Counted from the first letter of the stretch, positions 1-10,812 are shown. The stretch: 64,000 nucleotides of DNA from Burkholderiales bacterium (GCA_018061465.1 JAGOUD010000001.1:15826-79825); one strand, 5' to 3'. Notes: generated by a model from the letters alone, not told the origin. Translations and numbers: made by a program.

Positions 1-1145
1 TACCTCTTGCTGACGATGAGCCAATTCTGCTTAATGATGATACATTGCCTCAAATATTAAAAGAAAATTTGGGTTATGCGGCACATGTTCAACTTCCAAT
101 TGGGCTGCTCGTCAACAATAATTGCGAATTTTATTTACAAAATAGTAGTAAGATTACTCCGTATACTACACTTAAGCCCGGCAATGTTTTTGGAATAAGC
201 AACAATTCTACTAAAGATAATCTAGCCTCACACAGCCTATGGGATTTGACAGCTGGTGCGCGCTCTATCTTTATGCTCGCTAAAATCTCTAATACTCCTC
301 AACATAATATTCTGCGCAAAAGTTACGATTTATCTTCACGTCCCCCAAGAGATTATACAGATCACTGGGCAGTATTTAAAGAGCTGGCATTAAAAGCTAA
401 CAGCCAATGGCGGACAGAAATTTTATTTTTTGATAACCGTTGGGCAAAATTATTAGCAGATGAGAAATATCTACCGTTAAAGGCACAGCTTTTAGCTCTC
501 CAGGAATCTGAGGCTTGGCACCATCAACCCAATTGGAATTTAACCCTTGGTCAAATAGAGGTAGCACGGGCTTTAACTTCATATAGCTCTGAAATCTTAG
601 ATGCCGCCAAACACATATTTAGTATTGCGGCTGGCTTATTTCCAGGATTTGCCCCTGCTATGAATGAGACATCCGCTCCTATAGAATTAATTCAGAAAGC
701 ATATACTGAGGTGTATGAGTTGGAGCAGGCTCCTATAATTATGGAACCTGCAGCTTTACATGCTAATGATAAATTACCTGTATTTTATTCCCTCAATTAT
801 CCGTCTTCGCCTAAGAGCACGCCTACTGATACTAACAATAGAAAAAGCGTAATATCTAATTTATCCATTTTAATGGAGGTGCTTAAAAATTATCAGCTTC
901 ATCTTACCGAGGAACCTGAATTTAGAAATCAATTAAGAATCAGAGCACTATCTTTATTGAACGCCATGACTCATACAAAATTTTCTTTTTATGATAATGA
1001 ATACTCCAGTTATAAAGGTATAAACGATCCCGCTACTCTGCCTCTTGAAGATCCGCGCTTTGCTTGTAATAAGAAGAATCAACCTTTTCCTGTACATGGC
1101 GCTTTTTTAAAAGGCTTAGTTAGTATCTCCCTAGCAGAAAAATGA
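1..1145 (+). CDS. Conserved hypothetical protein, 5'-truncated by window edge; possible degenerate cNMP-binding-like segment
   Basis: Frame is open from nt 3 (PLADDEPILLNDDTL) into ORF 45..1145, so the TTG at 45 is probably not the start; LKPGNVFG resembles the cNMP-domain L.PG..FG motif; function unknown. Confidence 0.55.
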   Translation, partial: PLADDEPILLNDDTLPQILKENLGYAAHVQLPIGLLVNNNCEFYLQNSSKITPYTTLKPGNVFGISNNSTKDNLASHSLWDLTAGARSIFMLAKISNTPQHNILRKSYDLSSRPPRDYTDHWAVFKELALKANSQWRTEILFFDNRWAKLLADEKYLPLKAQLLALQESEAWHHQPNWNLTLGQIEVARALTSYSSEILDAAKHIFSIAAGLFPGFAPAMNETSAPIELIQKAYTEVYELEQAPIIMEPAALHANDKLPVFYSLNYPSSPKSTPTDTNNRKSVISNLSILMEVLKNYQLHLTEEPEFRNQLRIRALSLLNAMTHTKFSFYDNEYSSYKGINDPATLPLEDPRFACNKKNQPFPVHGAFLKGLVSISLAEK

Positions 1146-1173
1146 AAATTAAAGATTAGCAAAAGAGAAGAGC

Positions 1174-3516
1174 CTATGATATTTTATCCAGGCGTGCCAT
1201 AGTGTCTCTATCTGTTTTTAAGATAAAGGTTACATACTCTGGCACACTACAATTCTCCCATGAGTATAAGTACAATTTAGTGTAACCTTTAGCATGTAAT
1301 TGTTTTGCAATAACTGCACCATCTACTTCTACAATTTTTTTGCCATCATTATAAAAATTATTATCTATTATTATTTTAGTATCTTTAGGGTACTTATCCA
1401 CTTCTTTTAGAAACTCAAAGGGATTAGGATAAATATCAATCAGCAAATGACTATAATGATTCGCAATTAAGCGCTCAATAGTATCAATTTCATCATCTAC
1501 AAACACCATATGCACATTAACTGGTTGACCATGTTTAGGTGACGCATGCTCAACTTTTATCGGAATACTATAAACAATATCTTTTGGCAAAATCTTAGCA
1601 CCTAATTTATTAGCCTTGCTGCGTATTGCTGATTCAGCATAATGGCTAGTAACTAAAATGGAGCGATTAATCTCACTTTGTTCAATAATATCTAGACCAT
1701 TTACATCTTGACCAATTAATTCATAATCACTTAATAGTAATACGTTCTGTTTATTCTCAAGATTCATTAGAAATCGTAAGGCATCACGGCCATCTCGGTA
1801 ATGGTATACTTGTATGGTTGAGATACTTTCTATAATATTACATAACCTTTTATCCCAAGCCTCATGAATTGATTCATCATCATCTATTATTACAATAGAG
1901 TCATTATATTTAATTTTTATTTCAGTGGCAATCCAGTTTTGGGTTACTGCCTTGGGTAACCGTACCCTAACTACAGTTCCATTATTAGGAGCTTTATTGC
2001 TGGAGTAAATTTCAAATTCTCCCAAATTATGCTCTAGCGTATCAAATATTTGAGTAAGCCCCAGTCCGGAACCTTGCTTTTTATTACTCTTAACCGCTTT
2101 TCTTTGCCTTACTTTTTCAAAAGTAGCTGGAGTCATTCCTTTGCCATTGTCCTGAACCACTATTTCAACCCACTGTAAACTTGACATTAAAGTCACAATT
2201 ATTTTACCGCCAGTTTTAGGCAATGCTTCGCATGCATTATTAATTAGGTTAGAGACCATTCTATACAAGCTGCTTGGCTCAATTTGTACAAAAACAAAAT
2301 TATTTACCGGTGGATTAGTTACCACAAATTCAAATTGCACATTAGAGTTTGCATATTTATAACGCCGTTCACTAGCTATTTCTGATAAAGCTGCAGCTAC
2401 TAACACGTGCTGACGTATATTGTTTTCCGTCAAGGCATTATCACCTTTATAGCGATTTAGCACATGACTTGCAATATCCTCGATATTCATAGCTACACGT
2501 TTGAGGGTCAACCGATCCGTTTCCGGAATATTAGCTATATTTTGGGAAAAAGTTTTTAAAGTAGATAGTGGGGAACGAATATCATGGGCCATTTGACCAA
2601 CTATTTTTTTGAATTTTTCCTGTTCTTCAGTTGCAGTTTTATATGCCTGATTTTCAAGTTTTAAAAATTCAGCTTGCTTACGGTCATTGATATCAATATT
2701 AATGCCTATTATACCAATAATTTCTCCTGATTTACTACGCATAGGAATTTTATTAACCAATAAATATAGTTTTTTATTATCTTTTGTTGTAACGACTTCT
2801 TCTATACCTAATTTAGCTTGCCCAGACTCAATAATTTCTTTATCTATTTTCCTATATTGATCCACTACTAATTTATCCCATCCAAAATCATAATCCGTTT
2901 TTCCAACTACATCATTAATACTATCAAACCCTAAACTATTCGCTATATTTTCATTGCAAAATACGTATTTATAGTCTGTATTTTTGAAATAGATATAGCC
3001 CGGCATCTGGTGTATAATTGCCTCCATCCAATGCGTTATTTCGTCAAAATACCATAATAAATCCTGTTTCCCATGTACTATTTGTCCAGTCACTTTTTCA
3101 AGCTTGGTCGCAAGCGTATCGTGTATATCTTCAGGAAAAGGAGCAGTTTTATCAGTTAAAAAGAAGTATTCCTGGTTATCTATTAGTACTGGATTTAACC
3201 TCCACATCTTAACGGTGCTTATCATATGTACAGGCTGCGAAATAACATGCAATGTTATCGGGTCTACTAAATTAGGTAATTTGAGAAGTTTACATATTTC
3301 CTCAAGTGATTTATCAATAAAATCCGCACTATCACATCCGAAAATATAAGTAGCGTGAGTATTGGCATATTTAACACATAAAGCAAGGTCTAAAACCAAT
3401 AAAGCAGTTTTTGTGATATTGTAAGAATCACCAATAAGAGATAGATCAGAAAATTTACATTTTATTATATACTGGTCTTTATTTCTTGTATTTTTGCTCA
3501 TTGTTGCGCTCCCCAT
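1174..3516 (-). CDS. PAS-domain hybrid sensor histidine kinase with two C-terminal receiver-like domains
   Basis: PAS (MPGYIYFKNTDYKYVFCN...VGKTDYDF), H-box MAHDIRSPL, N-box NLINNACEA, G boxes DNGKGM and GSGLGL, receiver-like IVIIDDD...LLSDYEL and VFVDDE...IIDNN. Confidence 0.9.
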   Translation of the reverse strand: MGSATMSKNTRNKDQYIIKCKFSDLSLIGDSYNITKTALLVLDLALCVKYANTHATYIFGCDSADFIDKSLEEICKLLKLPNLVDPITLHVISQPVHMISTVKMWRLNPVLIDNQEYFFLTDKTAPFPEDIHDTLATKLEKVTGQIVHGKQDLLWYFDEITHWMEAIIHQMPGYIYFKNTDYKYVFCNENIANSLGFDSINDVVGKTDYDFGWDKLVVDQYRKIDKEIIESGQAKLGIEEVVTTKDNKKLYLLVNKIPMRSKSGEIIGIIGINIDINDRKQAEFLKLENQAYKTATEEQEKFKKIVGQMAHDIRSPLSTLKTFSQNIANIPETDRLTLKRVAMNIEDIASHVLNRYKGDNALTENNIRQHVLVAAALSEIASERRYKYANSNVQFEFVVTNPPVNNFVFVQIEPSSLYRMVSNLINNACEALPKTGGKIIVTLMSSLQWVEIVVQDNGKGMTPATFEKVRQRKAVKSNKKQGSGLGLTQIFDTLEHNLGEFEIYSSNKAPNNGTVVRVRLPKAVTQNWIATEIKIKYNDSIVIIDDDESIHEAWDKRLCNIIESISTIQVYHYRDGRDALRFLMNLENKQNVLLLSDYELIGQDVNGLDIIEQSEINRSILVTSHYAESAIRSKANKLGAKILPKDIVYSIPIKVEHASPKHGQPVNVHMVFVDDEIDTIERLIANHYSHLLIDIYPNPFEFLKEVDKYPKDTKIIIDNNFYNDGKKIVEVDGAVIAKQLHAKGYTKLYLYSWENCSVPEYVTFILKTDRDTMARLDKIS

Positions 3517-3697
3517 ATAACCAACAATTATTGATTGCCACCATTATAAGTGTATAAAAAGCTAAATACACTCTACATTGTAATGGTGTTAACCCATAAA
3601 TCAAAGAATCCGAACTGATACACTAAAAAGGGTATTTTATACTATCCTATAAATTTATAATGACATAATTTCCCTCTATTCTCAACAAATCTCAGCT

Positions 3698-6600
3698 TTA
3701 CTTGCTTATTGTATTTTGCAGGCTATTATCAATTTTATTTTCGTTAATTAGTCTAATAGCCCTACCATTAATATTCTTTCCAATTAATACAGCATCAAAT
3801 TTATCCGACTTAACCTCTTCGGATACCTGCTGGGACTCTCTTATTTCGGGTTTTATAATATCTAGGGTAATCGGCGTGGTCATAAAATTATTTTTCTTAT
3901 CATGCTTAACATTAGTATGTTCCCCAACCTTAGCAAAGTATACATACTCATTCTTAACAATTAATTTGTTATCAATTAATTCCTTAAATTGGGAGTTCCA
4001 ATAGCGACAATATAGCGGTGCAATATAATCATTAGCATTGGCCATTTGAGCTTCAGATAATTTCATGCATTCATATTTATACATAACCTTTGAGCTGCCT
4101 ACATATGCTGACTTATTATGCCCAATCTTAGCCATGTATATGTTATCATTTTTACTGATATTGTTGTCAGTTAGCATTCTTTCTATATCTTTGCCCCATA
4201 TTTTCCGCACCCCATAACTAGTCATTAACTCTAAATAAAAAGATTTAGAATTTTTAATCTCATTTCCCTGAAAGGCGCTTACTCCAAAATCAATAACTTT
4301 CCCTACTACTTCTTTTTCTAAATTATATATGGCCACTTTGTGCTTACGGCAAAATTCTTCTTTCTGTACTAAAACTTTATTGTTAACTCGTAAATTAGCA
4401 TTTTCCATAACTATAAAGCTAGATTGCGTCCCTTTATATTGCCCAGTCCCAAAATCAATAACCCTTCCAGAAACTTCTTTACTAAGCTCCTCTTGCTTTA
4501 TATTATTCCTCGCACTCAGCAACTCTCTAGCTTTATTAATATCTTCTCTCCAAAGATCTTTTTTAGCTTGTGCTTTATCTTTTCCATCTGCAATTATAGA
4601 AAACTTATAACTAATCTCTTTATTTTCTACATCAATAACTGGGTTAATTGAAACTAAATCTCCCTTAAAATATCCTATATTTTCTAATTGTTGTGATAAT
4701 CCAGGCTGCTCAATAGTGAAGTATTTTTCTTCATATTGAGCTTGCTTCCATTTAGGAAGTTCAATAACTACCTTGTTATCATTAATAAAACTGGATATTA
4801 ACGCCCCTTGATATAAATCCGCCGTATATTTATTCCAAAAATATGCGTTAACTGTAATACGATTCTGCATTGCGCCATCTATTTTTAGCATATCGCCTTT
4901 ATTCAATTTACTATAACAGCCGAAACTACTTAACTGTTTACTATCTACTTGATATTCTTGCTTAGTATTAATATCCAAGAGAATAATTTTTGTTAACTCT
5001 ACGTATTTACCGTTATAATCTAGGGCATCAATTTTAACAATATCTGTTACCAGTAAATCAGGTAAGTTTTTAAAGCCCTCCTTAGAAAAGCTCATATTGC
5101 CCTGCTCAAGCAAATTATAGCTATTTCTCATATCGCTGATTAATTCTCTACGATAATTCTCACTAAAACTATCTTTAAAAGTAATTTCATAGTTATTTTG
5201 TATGGCCAAAGATACTAATTGTTTTCTAAATTCAGCACTACCAAATAGTTCAATATGCTTTCCATATTTCGTTATTGCCAAATCAAGAGCCAATTTTATT
5301 GAATCTACATTATTATCTAAAATATCAATTCGTTTACCTATGTCCTTTATAATATCCATATGAATGTAACTGTGCATATTTTCCGAGTAGCGCTTAAGTG
5401 TATAAGTGATTATGCCCTGATTATCAATTTTATGAGACACATCTAATCTATATTCCATATATCTATCTACATGGCGGATAGAACCAGTTTTCTGATATTC
5501 TTCAAAGTCTACTCTGAGCCGCCTAAGTTCTTGCACAGCCATTTCATCGCCTACTTCAGCCTTATAAATAAGAAATTTACGATAAGACTCCTGCATATCC
5601 AGATTATATTTAGACCTAATTTGTTGCAATTCTTTAGCTTTAGCTTCTTGTAAAGCCCTACTCTCTAATAATTTCTCCATTTTAAGAACTCGACGTTTTT
5701 CTTCTCTTTTATGGTAACCATCTCCCGATTTAGCTACTTCATCGTTTTTACCTTTATACTTCTTCTTGATTTCCTCATATTTGGCTTTAATTTTAAACTG
5801 CAAGGCATTTAATTCAGTATCTTTTAATTTTTTAAAATCTACCAACCATATTTTATATTCGTCTGCTAAATACTTATTCTCATATACGCTCCAGCCTTGT
5901 TCCCTATCAATCTCACGCTGCATTAATTCAGCTGTTTTTAATAATTTTAGTGTCTCATTCCACGGTAAATATAACTCTTTAATACAAAAATCCACTACTG
6001 AATAGTTATAAGTACCGCACCTTATTCTGTCTTTGCCATCCTTATTGATAGATATTGCATATTTTTCAGGAATTACTCCATGAGTTTTCTCTAATAATTC
6101 AAGTAATACATCTGCTTTAAGAATATCTTTAAAGTATTTTAACTCATCCTTAATCTCGCTATTGCTTATCTTATCATTAATATAATCTAAAGTTATAGTA
6201 TCTATAAAGGTATATCTTCTATCTTTTGTTGTATATTCGCCACGCCCAAGCGTATCGTAGAAGTATCGTTTTTCACCGCCTCCAATAAGCCTAGCGTATT
6301 CATCTCTTCGCTGCCGTCTCCATTCTCTGCTAACATTGCGGATTTCATTGCTAGCACTTCTTTCGATAGTTCCGCTAATTTCTCTAAAATTATTTGCTGC
6401 TGATTGCAAATTGTTAACAGCAACTTCTCTGTATCTATTGATAAGCTGCTCAAGTTCTGATTGACTAATTCCATAATCATTTACTCCATAAGTACTATAA
6501 AATTGTTCCTGTTTTTGCTTTAAAAACTCCATTTTTTCTAAATAATCAAGCCCCTTAAATTTATTACGTTCTCCTTTCCCTGACCTATCGATGTACTTAC

Positions 6601-7585
6601 GTTGATAAGCTACCATATCATTCCATTCTTTTAGCTTATCCATATACCCAGACTGAACTACTTTACCCATACCTGCTTGTATATATAAACTATTTAGCTG
6701 CATGTTGGATTCAATTAACGATAATTTTTTATCTCGTGGTAAATTTCTATACTCATTTCTAAAATTTATATAGCTATGCTTTTCTTCAAGCGGCAACTGC
6801 AAAAATTCTTCACTAAATACAAATTCTTTTAAATTTATTCCCTTATTTTCATGCTCAGGAATTATATTAAGATATGCTTTATTAGGGATAGCGGCATTTC
6901 TAGTCCTTATCTTATAACCTTGATGTAATAGTACTCGGTGCAAATCTTGAAAAGAAGACGAATTATGTTCCATAATTAATTGAAATATTTTTTCTTTATG
7001 CTCTTTCCCAATACCATTAAAAATATCTCCTTTGTATCGACTAATTACTTCACTTCTACTATTAAATTTAGTTCTACGATTATCCGTAGGCGACTCTAAA
7101 CCATATTTACAGTTGATGTATTCCTGAAATGCTTCCATGTACTGGATATTATACCTCTCCTGAAATGAAACTGATTGCCCAGTTAATAAATTCACTTTAG
7201 GAACTATTACATGAATATGCGGCTTTCGCTCCACTAATTCACCGGTAGATTTATCTTGATAAGATTTTAATTTGGGTAAGTGTGCTTCAGCATAAAAACA
7301 TACTTCATCATTTGTATACGCTCTAAAGTAAAACTCTCTAAACTCCTGAGTAATTTTGTGTAAATCTTCCTTAGAAACATAATCTTCTTTAAATGATAAA
7401 GTAAAATGAAAATATTTCTCCCCTTCATTATCATAATTATTAATAATTTCATCAATTACTGTTAAATCACCAGTTAGGATTTCTCTATGGTCTAACTGAT
7501 CACGGTCAAAAAACCGATCTTTCATCTGACCTTTCTCTAAATATTCTCGAATGCCTGCTCGTGCACCATTTGCTCTAATAAGCAT
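3698..7585 (-). CDS. Large conjugative relaxase (HUH family, MOBP-like) with LPD7 domain and C-terminal repeated beta-domains
   Basis: N-terminal EYLEKG, YFHFTLSFKED, EAHLP...KPHIHVIVPKVNLLTG His triad; LPD7-like segment DIGKRIDI...SIKLALDLAITKYG...ELFGSAEFRKQLV; directly downstream of mobC. Confidence 0.85.
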   Translation of the reverse strand: MLIRANGARAGIREYLEKGQMKDRFFDRDQLDHREILTGDLTVIDEIINNYDNEGEKYFHFTLSFKEDYVSKEDLHKITQEFREFYFRAYTNDEVCFYAEAHLPKLKSYQDKSTGELVERKPHIHVIVPKVNLLTGQSVSFQERYNIQYMEAFQEYINCKYGLESPTDNRRTKFNSRSEVISRYKGDIFNGIGKEHKEKIFQLIMEHNSSSFQDLHRVLLHQGYKIRTRNAAIPNKAYLNIIPEHENKGINLKEFVFSEEFLQLPLEEKHSYINFRNEYRNLPRDKKLSLIESNMQLNSLYIQAGMGKVVQSGYMDKLKEWNDMVAYQRKYIDRSGKGERNKFKGLDYLEKMEFLKQKQEQFYSTYGVNDYGISQSELEQLINRYREVAVNNLQSAANNFREISGTIERSASNEIRNVSREWRRQRRDEYARLIGGGEKRYFYDTLGRGEYTTKDRRYTFIDTITLDYINDKISNSEIKDELKYFKDILKADVLLELLEKTHGVIPEKYAISINKDGKDRIRCGTYNYSVVDFCIKELYLPWNETLKLLKTAELMQREIDREQGWSVYENKYLADEYKIWLVDFKKLKDTELNALQFKIKAKYEEIKKKYKGKNDEVAKSGDGYHKREEKRRVLKMEKLLESRALQEAKAKELQQIRSKYNLDMQESYRKFLIYKAEVGDEMAVQELRRLRVDFEEYQKTGSIRHVDRYMEYRLDVSHKIDNQGIITYTLKRYSENMHSYIHMDIIKDIGKRIDILDNNVDSIKLALDLAITKYGKHIELFGSAEFRKQLVSLAIQNNYEITFKDSFSENYRRELISDMRNSYNLLEQGNMSFSKEGFKNLPDLLVTDIVKIDALDYNGKYVELTKIILLDINTKQEYQVDSKQLSSFGCYSKLNKGDMLKIDGAMQNRITVNAYFWNKYTADLYQGALISSFINDNKVVIELPKWKQAQYEEKYFTIEQPGLSQQLENIGYFKGDLVSINPVIDVENKEISYKFSIIADGKDKAQAKKDLWREDINKARELLSARNNIKQEELSKEVSGRVIDFGTGQYKGTQSSFIVMENANLRVNNKVLVQKEEFCRKHKVAIYNLEKEVVGKVIDFGVSAFQGNEIKNSKSFYLELMTSYGVRKIWGKDIERMLTDNNISKNDNIYMAKIGHNKSAYVGSSKVMYKYECMKLSEAQMANANDYIAPLYCRYWNSQFKELIDNKLIVKNEYVYFAKVGEHTNVKHDKKNNFMTTPITLDIIKPEIRESQQVSEEVKSDKFDAVLIGKNINGRAIRLINENKIDNSLQNTISK

Positions 7586-7590
7586 TATAT

Positions 7591-7974
7591 TTAGCCCTCT
7601 TTTGTATGCAATAAAAGATCAATTAGATTTTGCTGTTCATATAAAATTTTATTTAAAACTTTCAAATTACCTTCAAATACTTCTGCAGGAATTTTATTTT
7701 CAGCAAATGACTTATTTAAATTATGCGTTTGTTGGTTTAAGCTATTACACATCTTATTTAAATGATAAAGCACTTGCATTGAATCTTGTTTATTAATAAT
7801 TTTTGTTTTGTTTTTTAGTATAATGTTCCTAAAAAACTCGCTTTTTTGGTACCCAGATTTTTCGACCTTCTCCAAATAATCTTTATATTCATCTTCTTCC
7901 AAGCGAAATGATAAAATGCATGACTTTTTCTTCTTTTCCATATCTGCTTCCAAATTGTTACAATATCCCACCAT
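7591..7974 (-). CDS. mobC: MobC-type relaxosome accessory protein (ribbon-helix-helix)
   Basis: ILSFRLEEDEY...KSEFFRNII and QVLYHLNKMCNSLNQ motifs; 5 bp upstream of the relaxase. Confidence 0.8.
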   Translation of the reverse strand: MVGYCNNLEADMEKKKKSCILSFRLEEDEYKDYLEKVEKSGYQKSEFFRNIILKNKTKIINKQDSMQVLYHLNKMCNSLNQQTHNLNKSFAENKIPAEVFEGNLKVLNKILYEQQNLIDLLLHTKEG

Positions 7975-8101
7975 AATTATATTTATTGTGACTTCCTAGC
8001 GTATATTTAGCATCGTCCTATTTGTTACCCTAAAAATATATTTAAAGATTAGGTACGCAGTGCATACCCAATCTTTCTCATCTTCCTTAATTATCTCTAC
8101 C

Positions 8102-8189
8102 TATACATTCCGGGTTTCTAAGGGTTTACCCTTAGGCACTTGCGGTTTGTAGCCATTCGTAGAATGTATACTACCGCTGACGTGCCTAA
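8102..8189. other. Putative oriT region: nested inverted repeats
   Basis: CTAAGGGT-TT-ACCCTTAG hairpin (8118-8135); CTTAGGCAC (8131-8139) / GTGCCTAAG arms enclosing GCGGT/ACCGC and CATTC-GTA-GAATG; lies between divergent mobC and 8336 ORF; no canonical nic sequence recognised. Confidence 0.5.
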
Positions 8190-8335
8190 GGCATTATCTT
8201 AGCATACAATTACATTACAAAGGCAAAGAATTGCTATATACAAGCGCGTTCCAAAGCTATTACAATTCAATAACAATGCTCCGGCAAATTTATTCATGAT
8301 AAAATCTGCCTAATTTTATTTTGATAAGATAGTAA

Positions 8336-8905
8336 ATGTCTGATAATCAAATTCAAAAAATAATAACTTTTATACCCCTAATTCGTGAGTCACTTAAACG
8401 TGGTAAATCATACGATGAAATAAACAATTATTTGGTAGAAAAATATAATTTTAGAATTAAATCCACGAATCCAGCAAAATATATTAGCTCAATAATAAGT
8501 CAAGATAATCGTAATTTATTATATAAAAAATTCAATAATTTTAAAATTATTAAGGTGCCATACAAAGACAAAAATAAATTTAAAGAATTTTGTGTAGAAC
8601 ATGAATTTGGATTTTTTATGACCTACCAAGATGTACCCACACTAGACGCCACTCTAATTACTCAAAATAATATACATGAAATAATTGATATAAAAGGCTG
8701 TCTATTAGCTAAAAGAATATTACGCTTACATTCCCTACCCGATGCTAAAATAATTTCTGATTACAAAAATAAATATAATATTCATGAATTTGGCAAATAT
8801 GATTTAGAATATATAGAAGCAATACATGATAAAATAATTGATGAATTTGAAAATATAATAACACAGTTAAAAACTAAATCATTTTTTTATGAGGGACTAA
8901 TATGA
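8336..8905 (+). CDS. Hypothetical protein, possible N-terminal DNA-binding helices
   Basis: 189-aa ORF with ATG, 4-bp overlap with the next ORF; no recognised family. Confidence 0.55.
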   Translation: MSDNQIQKIITFIPLIRESLKRGKSYDEINNYLVEKYNFRIKSTNPAKYISSIISQDNRNLLYKKFNNFKIIKVPYKDKNKFKEFCVEHEFGFFMTYQDVPTLDATLITQNNIHEIIDIKGCLLAKRILRLHSLPDAKIISDYKNKYNIHEFGKYDLEYIEAIHDKIIDEFENIITQLKTKSFFYEGLI

Positions 8906-9168
8906 GTATAAATACCACTAATACACTAGTTGAAGAATTAAAAAAAGAACTAGCTTCCCTACCTAAAAAGAAGCTTAATTTAGAACACATAGTCTCAGAA
9001 TTAGAACCCCTAATCATAAATGCTATAAATACTAAAAACTATACGCATGAGGAAATTTGTGAATTGGTTTTTAAGAAAAAGAATATTACTATTAAGCCAA
9101 ACACATTAAAGACCTACCTTCAAAAAACAAAATCTGGAAAACAAATAACTGCTAAGGGTGAGGACTGA
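8902..9168 (+). CDS. Small oriT-proximal DNA-binding protein (TraK/StbA-like)
   Basis: LEPLIINAI...YTHEEICELV...ITIKPNTLKTYL pattern resembles small plasmid mobilisation/stability HTH proteins; position beside oriT. Confidence 0.4.
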   Translation: MSINTTNTLVEELKKELASLPKKKLNLEHIVSELEPLIINAINTKNYTHEEICELVFKKKNITIKPNTLKTYLQKTKSGKQITAKGED

Positions 9169-9176
9169 AATTCAAA

Positions 9177-10745
9177 ATGTTATCTAAATTATCCTCATTA
9201 ATTACTCATTATGAAGAGCAAATTGAACTAGCAGAAGAAAAACTGTCTTCTAATCAAATTTCCCAAGATAAATATGATTTCATCCATTTTACTTATCCTA
9301 AAATAGTTGAACAATATAAAAATATTTTACAGCATTTACAGGAAAAGAATTGCGCTAAAGCTTTGGAAATTTTAGAATCACTAACCATACCACCAACAGA
9401 AAAAAATCATATCTTAGAAATTATAAATTTTTCACAGGAAAATACGAAAAAAACCTTTTTAGAGGTACCACATGAAATAAATATAATAGCTAGTTTAGAA
9501 AATTTTATAAAAATAAATGAAATAACTTATCATATGGAGTGGGATGAAATTGCCCGGTATGCGATTGATTTTTATGAATCAAGATTAGCATATGAACTTA
9601 ACCCAAATCACCAAGAGCAGGCATTTAAAAGTATCCCCCCTGATAATATAACTGCTCTTATAAATAATAATATTTCTCTTCTATATAATATCTCTAATAC
9701 AATGAACTCATCAAGTATTACTCAAAATAATATAAATGACCTTACTCGAGATATTAATCACTTATCGCACTATGTGCTACGTAAAATATTTATAGATAAA
9801 TATAAAATTTGTAATTATACAAGCACAGGATATCACCACCTGTTAGAAAATGAACCAACAATAAACTCACAACCAGAAACTATAAATTGGCCAGATAATA
9901 GTCTCCCAGAAGATGCCGCTCTAATAAAAAAATTAAAGGATAGTTACACATCGATTATACAGCCACCAAATATCCCTAATTCAGCATCCTATGAAATGGA
10001 TGTATCTGCTCATAATAAACAAATTCAAGAAATATTTGTATCCGAACTACAAAAATCTTCAGACTCTAATAAAAAAAACATTCAGTCATATATTGATAAC
10101 ATTGTTGATGAAATCTCCTCACAACTGACAAATAACTATAAAAATAGCCAAGAAATAATTAATCAAATTCAGTTGCACGTAAATAGTGCTCTAAGTGATT
10201 TAGCTCAAGACATTGCAAAATTAGGTTCGTTACTATATAAAAATAGTTTAACACCAGAGAATAACCCGTACCAAAATTCTGAAGATATAAACAAGTTAAG
10301 CACTGCTCTTGATTCTTTCCAAAAAACCATCCCGAGTTTATTTACGCAATATTTAGATGAAACAATTATAAAGCAAGGTAATAATACGTATGAAGCAGCA
10401 CAAGTTTTGGAATACAATATCCGAGCACTATCAGAAGATATTATCAAAATTGAAGACCAAATGCGATCTACCAATTCGCTAATGGAGGAAACAAAAAAAT
10501 TCCTTAGTTTTAAATCCTTCAAATATCACTTAAATACAATACTATGGTCATCAACACTTATGGTAGCTCTTATAGGATGGATATTTATCTGGGTAGGAAT
10601 GCAAATTAACTCAGGAGAACTCAGTCAGCTAAGATACCTAAAATATAAATTTGCCAACACTTGTAAAATTATTAATTCCCAAGAACCTAAGTTAAAACAA
10701 AACTTAATAGAAAAATTAAATATAGATTGTTCTACAGCGCAATAA
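9177..10745 (+). CDS. Hypothetical helical/coiled-coil protein with C-terminal transmembrane helix
   Basis: 522-aa ORF; hydrophobic ILWSSTLMVALIGWIFIWVGM near C-terminus. Confidence 0.6.
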   Translation: MLSKLSSLITHYEEQIELAEEKLSSNQISQDKYDFIHFTYPKIVEQYKNILQHLQEKNCAKALEILESLTIPPTEKNHILEIINFSQENTKKTFLEVPHEINIIASLENFIKINEITYHMEWDEIARYAIDFYESRLAYELNPNHQEQAFKSIPPDNITALINNNISLLYNISNTMNSSSITQNNINDLTRDINHLSHYVLRKIFIDKYKICNYTSTGYHHLLENEPTINSQPETINWPDNSLPEDAALIKKLKDSYTSIIQPPNIPNSASYEMDVSAHNKQIQEIFVSELQKSSDSNKKNIQSYIDNIVDEISSQLTNNYKNSQEIINQIQLHVNSALSDLAQDIAKLGSLLYKNSLTPENNPYQNSEDINKLSTALDSFQKTIPSLFTQYLDETIIKQGNNTYEAAQVLEYNIRALSEDIIKIEDQMRSTNSLMEETKKFLSFKSFKYHLNTILWSSTLMVALIGWIFIWVGMQINSGELSQLRYLKYKFANTCKIINSQEPKLKQNLIEKLNIDCSTAQ

Positions 10746-10812
10746 TATAAACGATTACTATAACCGTATACAGCTGGCATAGAAATTTGTTCCCCAAGCA
10801 AGTGAGGGTATA

